Origin: Vicugna vicugna
Taxonomy: Eukaryota
NCBI GenBank assembly: GCA_013265495.1
Contig: MU058824.1
Location: forward strand, 4,429,111-4,493,110
Direction: 5' to 3'
DNA: 64,000 nt
Under the pieces are notes generated by a model that searched no databases, was not told the origin of the DNA, and worked only from the letters and a program-made list of their open reading frames with translations. Shown piece by piece: positions 61,013 to 64,000 of the stretch. Made by a program: the position numbers and the translations under genes. How positions within the stretch are numbered: position 1 is the first letter of the stretch; each line of letters opens with the position of its first letter.

Positions 61013-63352
61013 GCTCCATGGCTCTTTGACAGAACCTCTGGCGAGAGGGCAAGGGGCGAAGAGCAGAAGGTGTCTGCCCTGGGCACACAGGCTGAGCAGG
61101 ACTGCAGGACCCCCGGGAGGCAGCTCCCCGAGTGGTCTTCCCTCCTGTTAACTCGCTGGACATGGAGAAGACCAGGAAAAGGAGCAGTAGAGCCCCTTCA
61201 GCTATGGCCAACCCTATATTTTTTTACCTTGCTGTGAAATCTGAAGAGACTGCTCAGCTCCAAGACAGCTAAGCAGAATTTACTGCATGCTTCCAGGCAC
61301 AGCCTCGACAGGTAGGGCTAGACAGGGGATAGTCAAGGTGGACAGTTTGAGCAGTCCTGCCATGAGACATTCTTCCCAGGTCAGCTCCTGTTTCCACCAC
61401 GGCCTCATCCCCACACTGGACACAGACCAAGATCTCTCTGTGGCCAAACTTTCCTCAGGTACGTGGGGAGCTGAGAAAAGATGGTTGGCGAGTGGGGGCC
61501 TGGTCACAGTTTCCGTGTTTCTGAAGGACTTTTATAGGGGAAGGGAGCAGGCATGGCCTGGAAGTCTAGACCAGTGTCGGAGTGGGGGGGGAGGTGGTTA
61601 GGAGTAGGGGTGACATTGGAAAAATGAAGTTTCTGCTCAATGTAAGGGAAAGCTTTCCAACAATCCAGACTGTTGGACAAAGGATGGGAGTCTTGCACGC
61701 ACACAACTCAAGGCATTCAAAGTAGCAATGGGAAAACTGTTTCACAGAAGGTGCTCACAGAATGGAGGTGAAAGAGGCAAGACTGGTTATTTTACAGCAT
61801 TCCTGCCAAGTCTAAGGTTCTCTAGTCAACAGTACTAATATCTCTAATAACATATATTCTCAGCACCTACAGTTAATTGCCTCTGATTATTGCATGAGGA
61901 TAGCCTCAGACTCCTCCTGGTTTCTCCCACCCAAATTCCCCAACCAGCACCAGTGTTATAATCATGGATACAATGAGTGAAGCCCAGGGACACCCCCACC
62001 CATCCAAGCCCTACAACAAGGCAATCTCTTGGAGAAAGGTGTGACACTTCTATTTTTCATGAGTGTCCTAGGGAAAACGTGGATGACTAAGATTTCATAA
62101 TCAGTCCTTTGCTCCTCAGTAGATCTGCTCTGGCACAAATGGAGGAGCAAAATTACAATCAGAGTGGTGAGAGAAGGAGCCCCGGGGAGAAGATGAGGAA
62201 GCAGGCTCCGTCCTCACCCTATCCTCGCTGCCTGGGGACCTCTCTGAGCTTTCCTTTCATCCTTAATATGAGAATTCAAGACTCATGTACTGTTCCATGA
62301 CTGAAGTACATCCCACGTCCATCCCTCCTTTGAGCAACTCTCTGCAAGGCTGGGTAGAATTGTCTTTTTTTTTGTAGGGGAGAAAGGAGTACTGTGGCAT
62401 TGACTTTAACGGTCAACTCAAATATAAAAGGATCTGAGTTAGGAGCTGTGACTTACAAAACAGCTCCCAAAGCATGGAGCTTGGTCCAAAAGTTACAGAT
62501 GCTCATACTGGGAGGCACGAGGGACACTTGTCCATGGATTCTATCCCTACTCCCCAGCCCCACAGGCTGGAGCAGACTGAGGAAACTGCAGTGGTATGGA
62601 CAAAGGCCATGGTTAGAGAGAGGGGATGTGGACTGTTAGGGTCTGCAGGGTCTATTGGCCAGAAACTCTTTATTGACAGGGCAGCGAAGGAGGATTGCTG
62701 ACCAAACTCACAAGAAATGAAGCATAAACCAGGCATCAAGTAACAAATGTAAATACTAGGCAGAATCTAATCTTCCTGGCCTCTGCTCATCACATTCTCT
62801 CCATGTATGACTCCAGGTGGAGCCAAATTATCATTAGAAAATTATTATACAAGCACAGAATTAGAGCCAGGGGAGTGAGTGAGCTGGTGTCAACGCTCAG
62901 CTTCACTGAGTATGACAACCCAAAGCCTCCAAGGACACTGCAGGGTCAATTTGGGGACAGGCAGGGCTGGCCAGAGGGCCAGTCAGTGGTGGACCCACGC
63001 AGCACACCCTCACGGTTCCTCTTTTATGGTTCCCATAGACCCATCCTTACACATCTCTTCCTTCAAGTGCATTAACATTACTGATCTCGCTAAATTCTAT
63101 CATAAATCGTGGTTTGATCTGATTTCTGGTGTCTGCTTTTCCTGCTTTTGATTTGATATATTCTGACTTTTAAGGTAACTTCAGTGGACAGTGAATTTTA
63201 TCCCTTAGATGCTGATATTACAAGTTAGCATGTCAAAGGGTAAATTTAATTATAAGTTCCGGAAGCATCTCATTGTAATCCACACATAGTGATCCCTATA
63301 AACATGTGTTTGCTGTCCTCAGTTTTCCTTAGGGTGAAAGAGAGAATTTAAA

Positions 63353-64000
63353 ATGGAAGTGGCTAACCAGTCCGTTGTGGCAGGCTTTGTCTTGCTGGGG
63401 CTGTCAGATCAGCCAAGGCTGGAGAAAACATTCTTTGTGCTCATCCTGCTGATGTACCTGCTGATCCTGCTGGGCAATGGGGTCCTCGTCCTGGTGACTG
63501 TGTCCGACTCCCGCCTGCATGTACTTCTTCCTGGGGAACCTCTCCTTCCTCGACACCTGCTATACAACCTCCTCGGTCCCTCTGGTCCTGGATGGCTTCC
63601 TCACTCCCAGGAAAACCATCTCCTTCTCAGGCTGTGCTGTGCAGATGTTCCTCTCCTTTGCCATGGGAGCCACGGAGTGTGTGCTTCTGGGGATGATGGC
63701 GTTTGACCGCTACGTGGCCATCTGCAACCCCCTGAGGTACCTCGTGGTCAAGAGCAAGGCTGCCTACATGCCCATGGCTGCCGGCTCCTGGCTGGCTGGG
63801 GGAGTCAACTCCTCGGTACAGATCTCTCTTGCAGTACAGTTACCCTTCTGTGGGGACCACGTCATCAACCACTTCACCTGTGAGATCCTAGCTGTCCTGA
63901 AGTTGGCCTGTGCTGACATCTCCACCAATGTGATCAGTATGGGGGTGGCCAATGTGATCTTCCTGGGGGTCCCCGTACTGTTCATCTTTGTCTCCTACAT
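63353..64000 (+). pseudogene. OR2S2/OR13C7-like olfactory receptor with an 8-nt frameshift deletion (runs off the window)
   Basis: MEVANQSVV...DSRLH, then the frame shifts: CTGCATGTAC here versus CTGCACACGCCCATGTAC in the paralogues. The OR sequence continues in another frame; the shifted ORF stops at 63706. Confidence 0.93.

Noticed and set aside
1..64000. CRISPR arrays, rRNA or prokaryote-type systems
   Set aside because: No regularly spaced repeats or rRNA-like sequence; the window is intron-rich mammalian DNA.

Overview
Mammalian genomic DNA, very probably camelid, judged from four copies of a Vic-1-type tRNA-derived SINE and a young L1. The left third holds the 5' part of RECK on the minus strand: a CpG-island promoter near 21.7-22.1 kb and coding exons 1-6 (135 codons, all GT-AG), with the gene continuing off the left edge. 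The right two thirds hold a cluster of four OR2S2/OR13C7-like class II olfactory receptor loci, the same neighbourhood as human 9p13.3. These are a 5'-deleted pseudogene (31.0-31.5 kb, -), an intact gene (43.8-44.8 kb, -), an intact ORF with a DRY->DCY change (57.9-58.8 kb, +) and a frameshifted copy (63.35 kb to the end, +). The rest is typical interspersed repeat. I see no wholly new biological system. The most interesting unannotated structure is a ~100-bp homeodomain + O/E promoter cassette repeated in the correct orientation upstream of all four OR loci. Other notable features are gene-conversion-like homogenisation of the OR coding sequences, a CTCF-like site between RECK and the OR cluster, and several well-resolved retrotransposition events. 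Repeat family names come from recalled consensus similarity and their boundaries are approximate.
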